From NCBI GenBank assembly GCA_004022145.1, contig RCNU01000002.1: a stretch of 64,000 bases of DNA, one strand, 5' to 3'. Within the stretch, counting starts at the first letter, position 1; each line of letters opens with the position of its first letter. The translations under genes were made by a program, and so were the position numbers. Origin of the DNA: Paecilomyces variotii. Taxonomy: Eukaryota. Under the pieces are notes generated by a model. That model searched no databases and was not told the DNA's origin. It was given only the letters and a program-made list of their open reading frames with translations. Positions 35,490 through 48,243 of the stretch are shown here, one piece after another.

Positions 35490-35996
35490 ATGAGTTCCTC
35501 TTCGACAGGCCTTGGCCTCAGAGCCGCTGGCATTCTCGACTCCAACACTCCCAATTACGGTCCCGCTTTCTTAGGCTTCCACTTCCTCTTTGCCTACGGC
35601 GTTCTCTCCTCACGGACCCTGAAACAATGGTACGGCATCGACCACAATGAGTCGCCACGCGAGGATCTGGTCAAATATGGCGAGGACGCGGTGCGCACCG
35701 GTAAAATCACACGCAGACAGCTGGATATGCTCAAGCGCAATGAAGCGGCGCATGCCAATTCGGTGGAGAACTTCACGTTGCTTGTTGCGAGCGTCCTCTT
35801 CGCTTCACACGCTGGCGTTCCGGCACATACAATTAATGCCGCTTGTCTGTCATACACTGTTGCGCGGATGATCTATGGCACGGTTTATATTCTTATTGAC
35901 CATCCGACGTGGAGTCAAGTGCGCGGGATCACATGGTGGTGGGGGAATCTGAGTTGTCTGTTTCTGCTGTGGAAGGCCGGAAAGCGTTTGGCTTAG
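35490..35996 (+). CDS. MAPEG-family membrane protein
   Basis: 168 aa single exon; SPREDL, RNEAAHANSVENF, YTVARMIY, VRGITW; 3-4 hydrophobic segments. Confidence 0.8.
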   Translation: MSSSSTGLGLRAAGILDSNTPNYGPAFLGFHFLFAYGVLSSRTLKQWYGIDHNESPREDLVKYGEDAVRTGKITRRQLDMLKRNEAAHANSVENFTLLVASVLFASHAGVPAHTINAACLSYTVARMIYGTVYILIDHPTWSQVRGITWWWGNLSCLFLLWKAGKRLA

Positions 35997-36175
35997 TTCA
36001 TATATCGATATGGAGTATTCCTGCAGGGACAAGTCCACGGAAATCTTCTGATTCAGTGTAGGAAAGATCTGTGAAAGATGCTCCTCATGGTATAGGGTAC
36101 ACTGCTGCTCGGTCTGAGCGGCGCCGAAGAGTCCGAGATTGGCTCCAATGAAACTGATTACAACTCTAGAATATC

Positions 36176-36442
36176 TTATCAAGAGCTCTAAACGCGCAGT
36201 ATCATGTGAATATCGACCAGGTTCATAAGTGGGATGGTTCTGCAATCAGTCAAAGGTGGGATGTAGAATCTCTCTTGTTTATCATCGGTCCCTCAGATAA
36301 TGTTGATAAATTGAAATAGCAGTCTACTTATACTTACGCCGTTATCAAGCTGGAAACGTGAAAAGATCATCAGTCTGACCAGATTTTAGTCTACGAGATC
36401 GAAAGTATCTTCTTCTGTGCCCACCAAAATACAATTTGATAA
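36176..36442. promoter_or_regulatory. Cluster of six GATAA sites upstream of the P450
   Basis: ttatca at 36176, 36279, 36342; agataa at 36295; tgataa at 36304, 36437. Confidence 0.5.
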
Positions 36443-36473
36443 GAGAATCCCTGAATTGACATGCAAAGTAAAC

Positions 36474-38372
36474 ATGGGTCTTGTTGAAGCCTTAAGTGAT
36501 GCCATACTTACCCCTTCTGCGATTGGGGCACTGGCAGTGACCTTGTTCATGGTATGCTACAGTTTTGCATACACCCATGCTTCACTTTCAAATTATGTTC
36601 ACAAGCTGACTGTTATGGTACTTATGGTAGCTGTATTATGTGGTCCCATTTACGATTGACCCGCTTGGCCTCAACAAATATCCTGGTCCTCTTCTGGCGC
36701 ACTTCTCCCATCTCTGGTCATTGATACAGGCTCGGTATTCAACCTTCCAAATCCTTATTTTACCAGTCGACTAACTGGACTCGTAGAAGGCATCGGCTTT
36801 CCCAATCTGTCTATGATCTTCATTTGAAGCACGGAGACTTTGTGCGCCTCTCCCCTAATGAAGTTAGCATAGCACATCCAGATAGTATTAAGGTCTGATC
36901 TACCTCTCAGAGTACTAAAGTAAATCCCATCTCATGCTGACAGGTCCGAACCAGCATATTTTGGGCCACGGGAATGGTTTCATGAAGTCCAACTTCTACT
37001 ACGCATTCGACAACATCGAGCAGGGGATCTTTACCACCAGGGATCGTGCCGCCCATAGTCGCAAGCGCAAGTATGTGGCTCATATGTTCAGTCCCAAAGC
37101 CATGGTTCAATTCGAACCATACATAACCTCTGCCCTAAGCACGTTTGGGCATCAGATGGAGAGTTTGATCGATTCCGGAAAGGCGGGTGCATATACTACC
37201 CTTACGATGTGTAATCCAGATATTCGGTCACGGGCACAGCCCGGGGAGGCCGGTTTAGACGCTGCAACGTGGGCTGCATTTTTGGCTTTTGATATTATTG
37301 GTGATTTGGTGGGTTCTTTTTGCTTTCGTCAATTTTGCCAACAGGGGTTATAACACGATTTATAGGCTTTTGGTGAACCGTTTGGATTCACGGCAGCTGG
37401 TAACGATTCGAATAGTGGAATTAGAAAGCTTCGTGATCGTGGAGAATGGTGTGCGACGGTTGGACAGATGCCTTGGATCAAGAGTAAGTGTTGCTGGATA
37501 CACAGGAGACACGTTCAAGGAAACTAACTGTGTTAATGTTTCTGGCGAAAGCATGGACCCCTTACTTTTTCTTCGACAGATTCTTCACCACTGGTCTCCG
37601 AGCTGCTCGAGGGCTGGCTTCGATGGGAATTGCTTGCGTAGAAAAACGAAAGAAAGCCTCAGTGGACCCGAACAGGAAAGATATCTTATATTATCTCCTA
37701 TCGGCCAAAGACCCAGATACCGGAGGCGACCTGCCCGACCGAGAAGTCAAGGCTGAGGCATTGACACAGCTTATTGCAGGCAGCGATACCACTGGAAATA
37801 CAATCACTCATGTCATCGACATGTTACTGCGCCATCCTGACAAGTATAAGAAACTACAGGAAGAGCTTGATCAGGCATACCCTCATCCCCTTCCTTCAGG
37901 TCATGTTGCCATGTTCAACGACTGCAAGAATTTACCCTATACCGAGGCTGTCATTTACGAAACTCTTCGCTTGCGAACCACTGTCTCTGTAGGATTACCC
38001 AGGGTAGTACCGTCAGAGGGTGCAACAGTTTGCGGGAAGTTCTTCCGCGGCGGCACCGTTCTTTCAACGCCTACATACACCACCCATCGTGACATGCGCG
38101 TTTGGGGCCCCGATGCCTTGGAATTTCATCCTGAGCGCTGGCTTGGTCCCAACCGGGCAGAGCTGGAGAATAATTTCCTGGGCTTCAGTTATGGGCCACG
38201 AGCTTGTATTGGCCGAAACGTTGCGTTTATGGAACTCAAGAAAACCGTGGCGACAATTTTCAGACGTTTCGATTACCGTCATATCTACCCTGAGAAAGAA
38301 AGCTACATCCGTGAAGGATTTCATCTGAAATGTCAGAAGCTTCCTGTGTTTATTTCTCGGAGGAAAGAGTGA
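36474..38372 (+). CDS. Cytochrome P450, CYP53 (benzoate 4-monooxygenase)-like; exons 36474-36551, 36631-36734, 36787-36892, 36955-37308, 37366-37483, 37552-38372
   Basis: GHGNGFMKSNFY, RDRAAHSRKRK, LAFDIIGDLAFG, I-helix EALTQLIAGSDTT, ETLR, PERW, heme motif FSYGPRACIG. Five introns restore frame; the last uses an AAG acceptor. Confidence 0.9.
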
Positions 38373-38980
38373 GATATGTCTTTACTAGCAAGGCCTCTTT
38401 CGATAACCTAGTTGTGGATGGGACCAGATTGTAGGTCAATGGGATATGTGCAGCAGTGTGCTACTCTCATGGAATATTCCTGATACCTTCTCACAAGTAC
38501 TAACGAGTGGATCTCGTTAGATGTCCATATGTGGCTTATCCTGATAATCTATCATGGCGATCATTGCCCTATCCTAGAGCCTGCTTCTGTTCGTTTCGGG
38601 CCAGAGTGTAGTTATTAGTTCCAGGAAGCGGATCGTAACTAGAAAGCATATGCATTGTTTTTAGGATGACAGCTGACTTTTTCCAATCTGGTAAAAAGAA
38701 ATATACAATTTGACTAAAACAAGATTCTTTTTGATTCATATAACAGAAATACTTTTCAACAGGGCCACTGGTACGGTACTCTGCAAAACTTCCGCTTACA
38801 GCGGAGACTTCTTGAAAACAACTGCCATATCGCTTTTTTCTTATATAAAAAGGGGATTCAAAGGACCCAAGAACAATTGTCTTGGAATGCAATATGACTC
38901 TATCCCACTCATCGTATCATTGCGGGTCGTATATATCATCAATCTTCAAACATCTAGCGGATCTTCCAAGAACTTTGTGT

Positions 38981-40912
38981 TTATCGATTGAGGGGCCTTT
39001 CTCGAATGAAGAAGGCACTGAAAAGTGCAAAGAAGACAATGCCGATCATGAAGGCGAAACCAATGTTGGTTGACGAGCCGTAGCAGCTCCTCACGATTTG
39101 ACGAACACCTGGCTCGAGCGTCTTGATATAGTCGAGACTCTGTCGGACTCCTTCGACGATGCGATCAATATCCTTGCTGTTTCGCAAGGCATATCTAAGT
39201 CTCTCACGGAGTAGTTGCTGGATGACTGTAGAGGACAACGAGAGGCCGATGACTGAGCCCAGCGATCTGAAAAGATATGAGCATGCTGTCACGACAGCCT
39301 GATCGTCGGGTGTTGCATTTGAAACTACCGGTCTCCGTAAGTTATGGATTCCAAATCCTGTGGAAGGATACTTACTCAATCCGATCAGCGTCGTAGTAAC
39401 GCCAATTCCATTTCCGAATCCTGACATAACCATGCCTACCGTCATGCCAGCCAGGCTTTCTGTGGCAGCCCCGGAAAAGAGGAAGATAAAAGTGAGACCA
39501 CCAGTCAACAAAGCATACGCAATAACTGTGAGCCAGTAATACTTCCCTGTCCATCGCATCACGAAGCCACCGAAAAGGGATCCGGAAACGCCAGCGACAA
39601 TAGAGGGTAAGAGGCGGATACCAGCACCGGTGGCGGAGACACCGTCCAGAGCCTGGAAGTACAGGGGAAGATAAAACAGCGCTGCTAACCAGCCTCCGAA
39701 GCTGAAGAAATTGCAGGCATAGCAAGCAAAGAGAGACCGGTCGAAGATGATATGACCGGGTGCAAACGGCTCAGCAGCGACATAGACCTCCACAATGACG
39801 AACAAAGCGAACAATGCTATCGAAATGCTCAGAGAGACAATGGTAATGGGCAGCTTCCATGATACATTACTGCCACGGTCTAGTCCAACGAGGAAGCCAA
39901 GCACGGCACCGACAAGGACAATGGCTCCCAAGAAGTCAATACGGCGTAGCTTTGTTTTCCAGTGGGTCTTGTCTCTGGCCGGTATTTTTAGCATAACTGA
40001 CACGGCTATGAATGCTAGAAAGCAGAGAGGGACTTGTGCGAGGAAGGCCCTGGAGGAATCAGCAACTCGTGACATTTACGGAGCATCATTGTAATAACTA
40101 ACCATCGCCAGCCGATGTAGTCCGCCAAGATACCACCTTAGCCACAGTTAGCACATGTTCTTGAGTAGGCCTTGCACTATAAACTAACCTAGAGGAGCTC
40201 CAGTGCCGGAACCGGTTGCATATATGATGTTAATAACACCCTGCCATACTCCACGGTCCCGAAGCGGGACAATGTCGCTCATCAGAATACTGACGACGGT
40301 TGTCATTCCACCGCCTCCAATTCCCTGGAAAACCTATAGAACAATCAGCGACCTGGAACCAAGCATTGATCTGTCATTTTACATACACGAGCTGCTATTA
40401 GTTCATTGATATTCCGTGCCAGTCCGCAGAAGAGACATCCCATTCCAAAGATAGCGTATGCGTAAAGCAGGCATGTCTTGCGACCAAAGATATCGCTCAA
40501 TTTCCCGTATAGCGGTTGGAAAGAGGTCAGTGTCAAGAAATATGAAGTAGCAATCCAACTTGTAAGATTGAGTGCTTTGAGGTCGCTGCCAATCTTGCCA
40601 TAACTGGCTACAATAATTGTCTGGTCTGCTGCAGACAGGAAGATCTATATATTAAAGTCAGATCCCAAAGCAGATGATACGCTAACTTGAATGTCATACC
40701 CCTATTGAAATGGCAGGGACTATATATTTCAGCAGCTGTCTAGCCTCAGGCACCGTTTCGACGGCTCTCTCCCTCTCGATAACCTCTTCACCTGTTTCAA
40801 CCAATCCGGGGTCTGCAACTGCTCCCGTCGGTAAAGGATCGGCAGGAACATGGCTGTCTCTGTGCTTACCCAGCAACGGAGAAGTCTCCGTGGGCTGGTC
40901 TCTGAAAGTCAT
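38981..40912 (-). CDS. MFS transporter, 14-TMS DHA2/Vba-like, about 5 introns
   Basis: Motifs SAADQTII, QPLYGKLSDIFGRK, QGIGGGG, SDIVPLRDRGVWQG, RIDFLGA, YLFRSLG. Confidence 0.9.
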
Positions 40913-41514
40913 GACTGCTAAGATTCTAGAACCAGCATCCCAATTGCCGACAAAGATGGGCAGTGAAAGGAAGTAAGGATATCACGACATCGCGATTACC
41001 GGCGGACTCGGCCGATCTTGTATCCTTTACATCCGCTCTGGCACGTGATGATAAGGAACCCCGCGGCGGTTTGCCCGATCTTCCTAAAAGGGAAGTTCGG
41101 AAGGTCGGGCAACAAGCCGAGGAGAACTATGAGACTAGCAATAATTGATGACTTATTATTCGTTGGGGAGAAGTTCTGTTCAGATCAGACCTATCTGGGG
41201 TCTACCATAACCGACTTCTCGTGCTATGGTCAATTTCTTCATCCATCTAAGCTCCTCTTGAGTGAACTACAGTACATCCAGAGCACCTACGGAAAACATG
41301 GTGATCGAAACATTTGTAGACATAGAAAATGGCCGAGAAAGATAGAAGCATATGCGTGCGTCGTATGTGAGCTGTCGTATATAGTCATTGCTGCTACAGC
41401 CATCATGAGAAGCCAGAACCGTGTCTAAATCATGCTATATCCTGATCCTTGGAATGTGCAAGTTTGTCATGAATCCGTCTACCGTAATTTGCATTTTCCG
41501 CAATTCAGATGGTG

Positions 41515-42892
41515 TCATGCAGAAGTCGTCTCGGCAGCAGCACCATTCTGGGCCTCCTTCGCATCTGTTGAGGGCATAGGGACTGGGCCACCAGGCGAAT
41601 CAGGTAACCTTGCGGTCAGCACCTCAACACCATCCTCAGTAACCAAAAGCGTGTGCTCAAACTGGGCCGACAGAGATCCATCCGCCGTAGTACTCGTCCA
41701 GTCATCAGGCCAAGTCTTGTCCCGGTGAGTGCCAATGTTGATCATTGGTTCGATCGTGAAGCACATTCCCGGCTTTGCAGTGCCAACTGCCTTGTTCTTT
41801 GCGTAGTGAGGAATGTTGGGTGCACAGTGGAAGAGCTGATTGATACCGTGGCCACAGTAGCTCTTCACCACACTGCAATTCCTGCTCTTCGCATGCTTCT
41901 CGATAAGATTACCAGGCTCTCTGAAGAGCATTCCTGGCTTGACTAGTTCTATTGATTTATCCAGACACTCTCTCGCGGTCTCCACCACTCGAACGGCGTC
42001 AGGATTTGCAAGAGCCTTCTCCCCCACATAGTATGTCTCGTTAATATCACCGTGGAATCCACCGTGGTAAAGAGTTACATCGATATTGATGATGTCGCCA
42101 TCCTCGAGAGGTCGCTGGTCGGGAATACCGTGACAGATGGTCTCGTTGATAGAAGTGCAAACAGACTTAGGGAAGTGCACGTAGTTCAGCGGCGACGGGT
42201 ATGACTGTGTGAATCAGTATCCCACTGCAAGAGAGAAAAAAAAAATAATGATCCATGAAAACACCTACATCTCTCTCTAGACAAGCCTTGTGGACGATTT
42301 CGTCGATGTAGTCCGTTGTCACCCCGGGTTTTACCGCTCGTGCAGCGATATCCAGTACTTCGCGTGCCAGGCGGCACACCTTCCTCATACCCTCCTGTTC
42401 CTTCTTGTTGAGAATGGTAATATTATGTCGACCGACGAACTTCTGTTCTGACCGGGGGATGCCATCGTAGGCATAGTCGGGATGGCGGATCGAGTCCGGA
42501 ACGGTTCTGCGTGGGGAGAGAGGGTAGACAGGTCTCAACGAGCCTGTGAAAGGGAACGTGGGGAAAGGATTGTAGTGGCCGGTTGCTGGATCTGGTTCAG
42601 AAACTACCTTCGGAGGAAAAAGGTTGGTGAGGATATTACTCTTGGCCTTGTGGACAGTCTTATGGGAACTCTGAATTCGAGGATCAGTATGAGCCACAAG
42701 AATCTAATGCAAGAGTGCAACACGTGCACCTTACGGAAGTACAAGAAAGCCTACCCAGCTCCTCTTAAAACAGTCTTGAGAGCAGAAGAAGCTGTCAATG
42801 CCCTGCTTGAGACAAGTCGGACACTGCAAGGTCCCCGCACTATTCCCGCAGTCTACCCCAGCGCATTTCCGCGTTTCAACCTCGGCCGCCAT
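41515..42892 (-). CDS. MAP1: Methionine aminopeptidase type I; exons 42892-42755, 42670-42269, 42204-41515
   Basis: N-terminal zinc finger (C..C...CPTC...[14 protein letters not shown]); catalytic motifs [34 protein letters not shown]. Confidence 0.95.
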
Positions 42893-43193
42893 GCTGTAAA
42901 AGAGTGCTGAGACAAGAAGAAAATAATAGGCTAAGCTGCAAAAGAGAAGCGCAGCCTAGTATACCAGTATCGTAACGCAGGCGAAAGGCAGAGCAAACAA
43001 CACCGGGGAAAGAAAAAAGTCTCTGCCGGGCCGACTGCGGACTTTTGGTGGCGTGAGCTGGTTGGCGAACCACGTTCCTTCAGGCGCGTTAAGCGCCGCC
43101 CTTTACCGCTGGCCGCCTTCGCCGAGATAATCATGAGGTGACTCGAGTCCCTCTGCAGCACGCTTGCTGTTAAGGACGAGGTTCGTGTCAGAC

Positions 43194-45103
43194 ATGGCGG
43201 ACGCCTCAAAAAAGCAGAAAGTCGTGATCGTGGGTGCGGGGCCGGTTGGCTCACTTGCTGCCCTCTACGCAGCATCAAGGGGCGATGATGTTGAGATATA
43301 TGAGTTACGCGGAGGTATGTTGTGTTACAAACCATCCACCCTGCTGGGTATTTCATGGACTCGGACCTATCAGTACATCTCCTATCTGTTTTATTTGCTT
43401 TCTACGTGATTCAGGACCTTGCTGGATACCATAGGCAATTCACTTCTCTCTCTCAACGCCGTCTCCTCTTTCCACCAATTGTACACCTGCATGTTCTTTT
43501 CTTGGCCTTGGAACTGTGCGCCATCGTTTTCTACAACTTTCAGTCATTGATGTTCTGATTTCCTCGTGAGACGCGTCTCATTGCTTTGGGAGGTCAACTT
43601 ATTCATTCCGCATTTTCCGTAGATCTCCGGGATCCGTCGACTATTCCGCTCAACTTCACCAAATCGATCAACCTTGCTCTCTCCGAGCGCGGTATCAATT
43701 CGATGAAGGAGTCAGGGCGACATGGCTTGATCGACAAGCTTCTCCAGGAGACCATACCTATGTATGGTCGAATGATCCATGGACGAAATGCTTCCGGAGA
43801 GCTATGGGGAGCCGCCCAAGCTTACGATGTTCACGGCAGAGTACGTCATCTTCCCAAGTAATCTGTCAAATCCCTTCTAGTGCTGACATTCAGACAGGCC
43901 ATTAATGCGGTAGACCGTGGTTCTCTGAACAATGCTCTTCTAGACGAACTTGATCGAACGCCAAATGTCAAAATGTTCTTTAACCACAAACTTACTGGAG
44001 CCGACTTCCGCTCGAACAAGGCGTGGTTTGAACAGCGGCTACCTGACGGTGCCGATGACAAGTCGGATCGAGCACCTGAAGTTGAAGTCTCATTTGATAT
44101 GTTAATTGGCGCTGATGGGGCTCATTCTGCAACGAGGTACCACATGATGAAATTTGCTCGTGTGGACTATCAGCAAGAGTATATTGACACGTTGTGGTGC
44201 GAGTTCCGAATTCCTCCAACAGAGGATGGAAACTTCCGTATTTCTCCGAATCATCTTCACATTTGGCCAGGGAAGGAGTTCATGTTCATTGCCCTGCCTT
44301 CTGCAGACAAGTCATTCACATGTACATTGTTTGCACCATCGTCTCACTACTCTAAGTTAGAGGATGGACCCGAGAAGGTTGTTGAGTTCTTTGACAAATA
44401 CTTCCCTGGCGTGTGCCCAGATTTGATCACCCCAGATGCCCTTCAGGAACAATTCACATCCAACCCTCATCTCCCTCTCATCAGCATCAAATGCAAACCT
44501 CATCACTACGGCTCCAGCGTGGTGATACTTGGTGATGCTGCACATGCAGTGCTCCCTTTCTATGGCCAGGGCCTGAACGCTGGTATGGAAGACGTCCGGG
44601 TTCTGTTTGAGATTCTGGACAAACATGGCGTCTATAACTCACTGTATGACCCTGATGCTCAAAAGGCCTCAAGGGCTAGCGCCTTCCAGGCGTATACTGA
44701 TCAGCGTGCGCCTGATACCCATGCTATTAATGATTTATCAAAGCGCAACTACCTCGAGATGCGCTGGGGTGTCAAGTTACCTCTTTACAAACTCCGTAAA
44801 TATGTTGAGGAAACCTTGGACAGCTATTTCCCTCGTCTTGGCTGGAGAACGCAGTACTCTCGCGTTAGCTTCAGCAATGAGCGGTACTCTGAGGTCATCA
44901 GGGCTGCGGATAGGCAAGGGGAGATATTCACTGCATTCCTGGGCTCTGTGACCCTTTCGTTGCTGGGTTCTCTCGGGTTCATACTCTGCAGGTTTCGGAC
45001 GCATATACTCCCTTCGGGGTTCGTTTTGTCCCCTCTACAAACCTTGACAGACATTTCATTCAAGGTATATCATGCCACTTTACGTGCGTATTCGTACTCA
45101 TGA
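43194..45103 (+). CDS. BNA4: Kynurenine 3-monooxygenase; exons 43194-43315, 43623-43840, 43898-45103
   Basis: FAD motif [65 protein letters not shown]-terminal membrane anchor. Confidence 0.95.
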
Positions 45104-46075
45104 TGGCCATTGGAAATCAGTCATTCGCCCAATCGTGCGAACCTGTAGTTGGATCTCAATGGTTGCAGGGAGATTGGATGATACTCTACCTCTACTATAT
45201 ATTATATCCTTTGTGCGTGGTGCTACACACAAAAAAGAGCATAATAGGAAGATGAATTTAGCGCACAGCTCTGATTTCCTCTAGCAATTCAAGTCTCCAA
45301 ATCAACTATAACCTGCAATTTCTTATAATTAAACAGCGTTTCCCCTCATTATTCACTATCAGCACACTACAGCAAAATTCATCATGACGAGCGTCTAAAA
45401 GTATCCTGCTTCATCAAGTATAAAAGTCAAAGCCCTGCAACAAGAACATGGCCGGATGCAGTATTCGGTCCTCACGCATCGTTAACACCGATAACTTCCT
45501 AGCATTGAAACCTAGTCTGGTTATAACTTTTTGCTTCTTTTTTGCGGTAGGGCCCCATTCCCGCAAAAGAATGTCCGGCACCGTACACCCATAACCGCGG
45601 CGTACAGCGCTGCACTACCCAGGCTTGCTGAAAGAGGCAAGCTGAACCTTTCCCCTAGTAAATAGTCACTTGTTTACTTATGATATAAGAGTGAACACCG
45701 ATGACTTAAGCGACTGCGGTGATGTTTCTGTTCATAGGATTGCAGGATTTCATGGGTTCAAATATTCCAGGCTGCGGAGAGATCTAGAGAATGCCACTGC
45801 GGGGCTGTGTATATTGACTGAATAGTCGATTTCATGATCTGATATGTTTTTGTATTAGCGATGGCGTAAGTCAGTCTGTAAAAGAGAGGATAAAAATGAA
45901 AGACAGTAAAATCGCGAGCAACGTATTCGATGCTAGCCCCATACGATGGCGACTCTTTCTTGCAATGTTCTCTACATCTCCGAAAGTAGTGTTAGTAGAA
46001 CTATGAGGGGGCAGTTCCCCGAGTACTGAGCTAGATTAATCTGTCATCACCATTATGGTAACCGGGCATGCCAGA

Positions 46076-46102
<27 letters not shown>
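46076..46102. repeat. (AG)n microsatellite, about 13 units
   Basis: Read directly. Confidence 0.9.
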
Positions 46103-46106
<4 letters not shown>

Positions 46107-46985
46107 AATATTCTGGTACCAAAGACAGACATTCAAATTTCCCTGGAGCTTACCATTTTTCCATCTTTCTTATCCAGTTAGTCATAGGTTCCGAATTGTA
46201 GCTCAACAGCTTCGATGCTCATAAAATCGGTGGACGGGAAAAAAAGCATGGAAGCGCAAACGTACGTCTGTGCTCTAGTAGAAACTTGACTCTACTACAA
46301 GAGTGATAAATACAAAAACAGGCCCCAGCACGGCATCTCAGGTCTTGTCTAAACAACCTTTCTAAGGTGACCTTGACAGGATGATCTTTATATAAACATC
46401 CCGGGACTGCAAAGTCAATGGCAGCGCAGGGAGACGCGACGTGGGTTTCCATTGAGACAATTGATCTGCTAGGACCGGCAGATCATAGCCATCGCTATTA
46501 CTCCTGGCGTATACACGGAGCAGTGGGGACCAAATAAGATTTTAACCACGGCTTCAGCAAAAAGAAAATAAATAAACGGGACAAGGCAAGGGTTCGGTGA
46601 GAGAGCTTCAGAACACGGTCTAAAAGCGCGCCCCGGGATGAAATGTGCTTCAGCGGATGCGTGGGCGGTTGGCGGTCGTTAGTTAACAGACACCGGTTCC
46701 ATTGGGTCAGCCAGATAACGGACTGTAATTGTGTGACCGTAGATGTTGTTGTGGTAAGTGCTTCCTTTATACAGCCTTTGGAAAGCCGTTGATCCAATCC
46801 GTTTCCGTTTGGGAATCAGGACACTACGGCGAAGGCCCAGCCTGGAGTATCTCCTATCGGGTATAAATTCCTTGGATATCCAGGGGTCGGAGACAAGAGT
46901 CCAAGGTCAGTGGGTAATAAGTTCCATGATGGTATCATCCGTTACCATGGGAAGAACATTCGGTGGCAGTAGTCCAAACATGAGC

Positions 46986-48243
46986 TCAGGAAGTCCCAAA
47001 TTTAGCCCGATGAGCTCGTCTATCCTGGATAAGCATTTCCGTCTGGATATATAGGCGATCCAAGTATTCCATTGCGGTTGCATCTTTCAATATCTTTGCA
47101 ACTTGAGTCCCGGCCGAGATCAGTTGCAAGACGTTTCTGTCGTCCTTGACCGGCCTAGATTGGTGCTTGGCAGCATGTCGCATCTCCAAGGAATTCTCCA
47201 GAACAGTAACTAACTGTTTTATCTGGCCATTGTATAATACACGGGCCGGGATGCGACGCTTAGTGGCCAATCTTTTCAAGAGATAAACCCACTCGGTCCA
47301 TTCACGGTCTGCGGGCACCCTAACCTGTCTTTTGTCCGGCTCCACGGGAATGGGGAATTGATACTTCGCAATGAAATCGAAGGCACATTGAGACAAGCAA
47401 TCATTAACTTGACAAAGGATTTGGTCTTGCTCCGAGATATCAAGGTTAGTAGGGAGATGAGGCAATTCTCTCTCCTGAGCGGCTATAGTTCGAGGCGAAG
47501 GCATATCCAGAAGCTGATGCGGGCCATCAAACTCATCGCGGTTCGATGGTCGCCTTTGGTTATAATATTTGACCTGAGGCCTCCCTTTACCAGAGGATCG
47601 TCGTTTAGATATCTCCACGGAGTAATCGGATCCTTCCAGCGATCTGGATGAGTCTTGATCACGCATGAGGGAGTCTGTAGATATGTGCCCGCGAGAGTCC
47701 CAATCTCCAAAGACTGAAACCGGACGCGGTGGCTGCCCAATGGGCCCAAAAGCGTCATGTGCGGATGCATGCGAATAGCGTCCATACTCCTCATTAGAAG
47801 TTGTCACTGCACTCTGGGAGTGACCATAGTCATAGGCCCCGGCTTGTCCTATGGGCCAAGCAAGTGCCTGCGGGTTCCTAGGCGTAGAGTCCCGGGGGTG
47901 TGGAAACGTCCTTTTCCCGCTAGCAAGGAGAAAGCAGGAAGATTTCAGTACAGTGCTTGAGGAACGGGTATGAAAGGTTATTATATACCTTTGTTGATAA
48001 ATTATAGGCCCATTGGAGGAAGTGGTGTAAAGAGGTGCTGGCTGCGACATCATACTGGCCAGCAGTGTGAGTATAGGTCGAATTTCCAGCGCATCTATCC
48101 GAGTAAACTGACCTTCGACGAGGAGACATATCTGACTCGCTGCTTGCAGGGTAGAAGCCAGAATCGATGCTGGATGCCGTATCCGAGTAGGACCGGAAAC
48201 CTCGAGGTAAGGCCATCAAAAGAGGTGAAACCACGGGAGGCAT
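46986..48243 (-). CDS. Uncharacterised fungal protein; probable exons 48243-48113, 48054-47989, 47919-46986
   Basis: Globular-looking C-terminal domain (LPHLPTNL...CAFDFIAKYQFPIP...EWTEWVYLLKRLATKRRIP...LENSLEMRH) after a low-complexity N-terminus. Two plausible GT-AG introns keep frame. Start codon uncertain. Confidence 0.75.
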
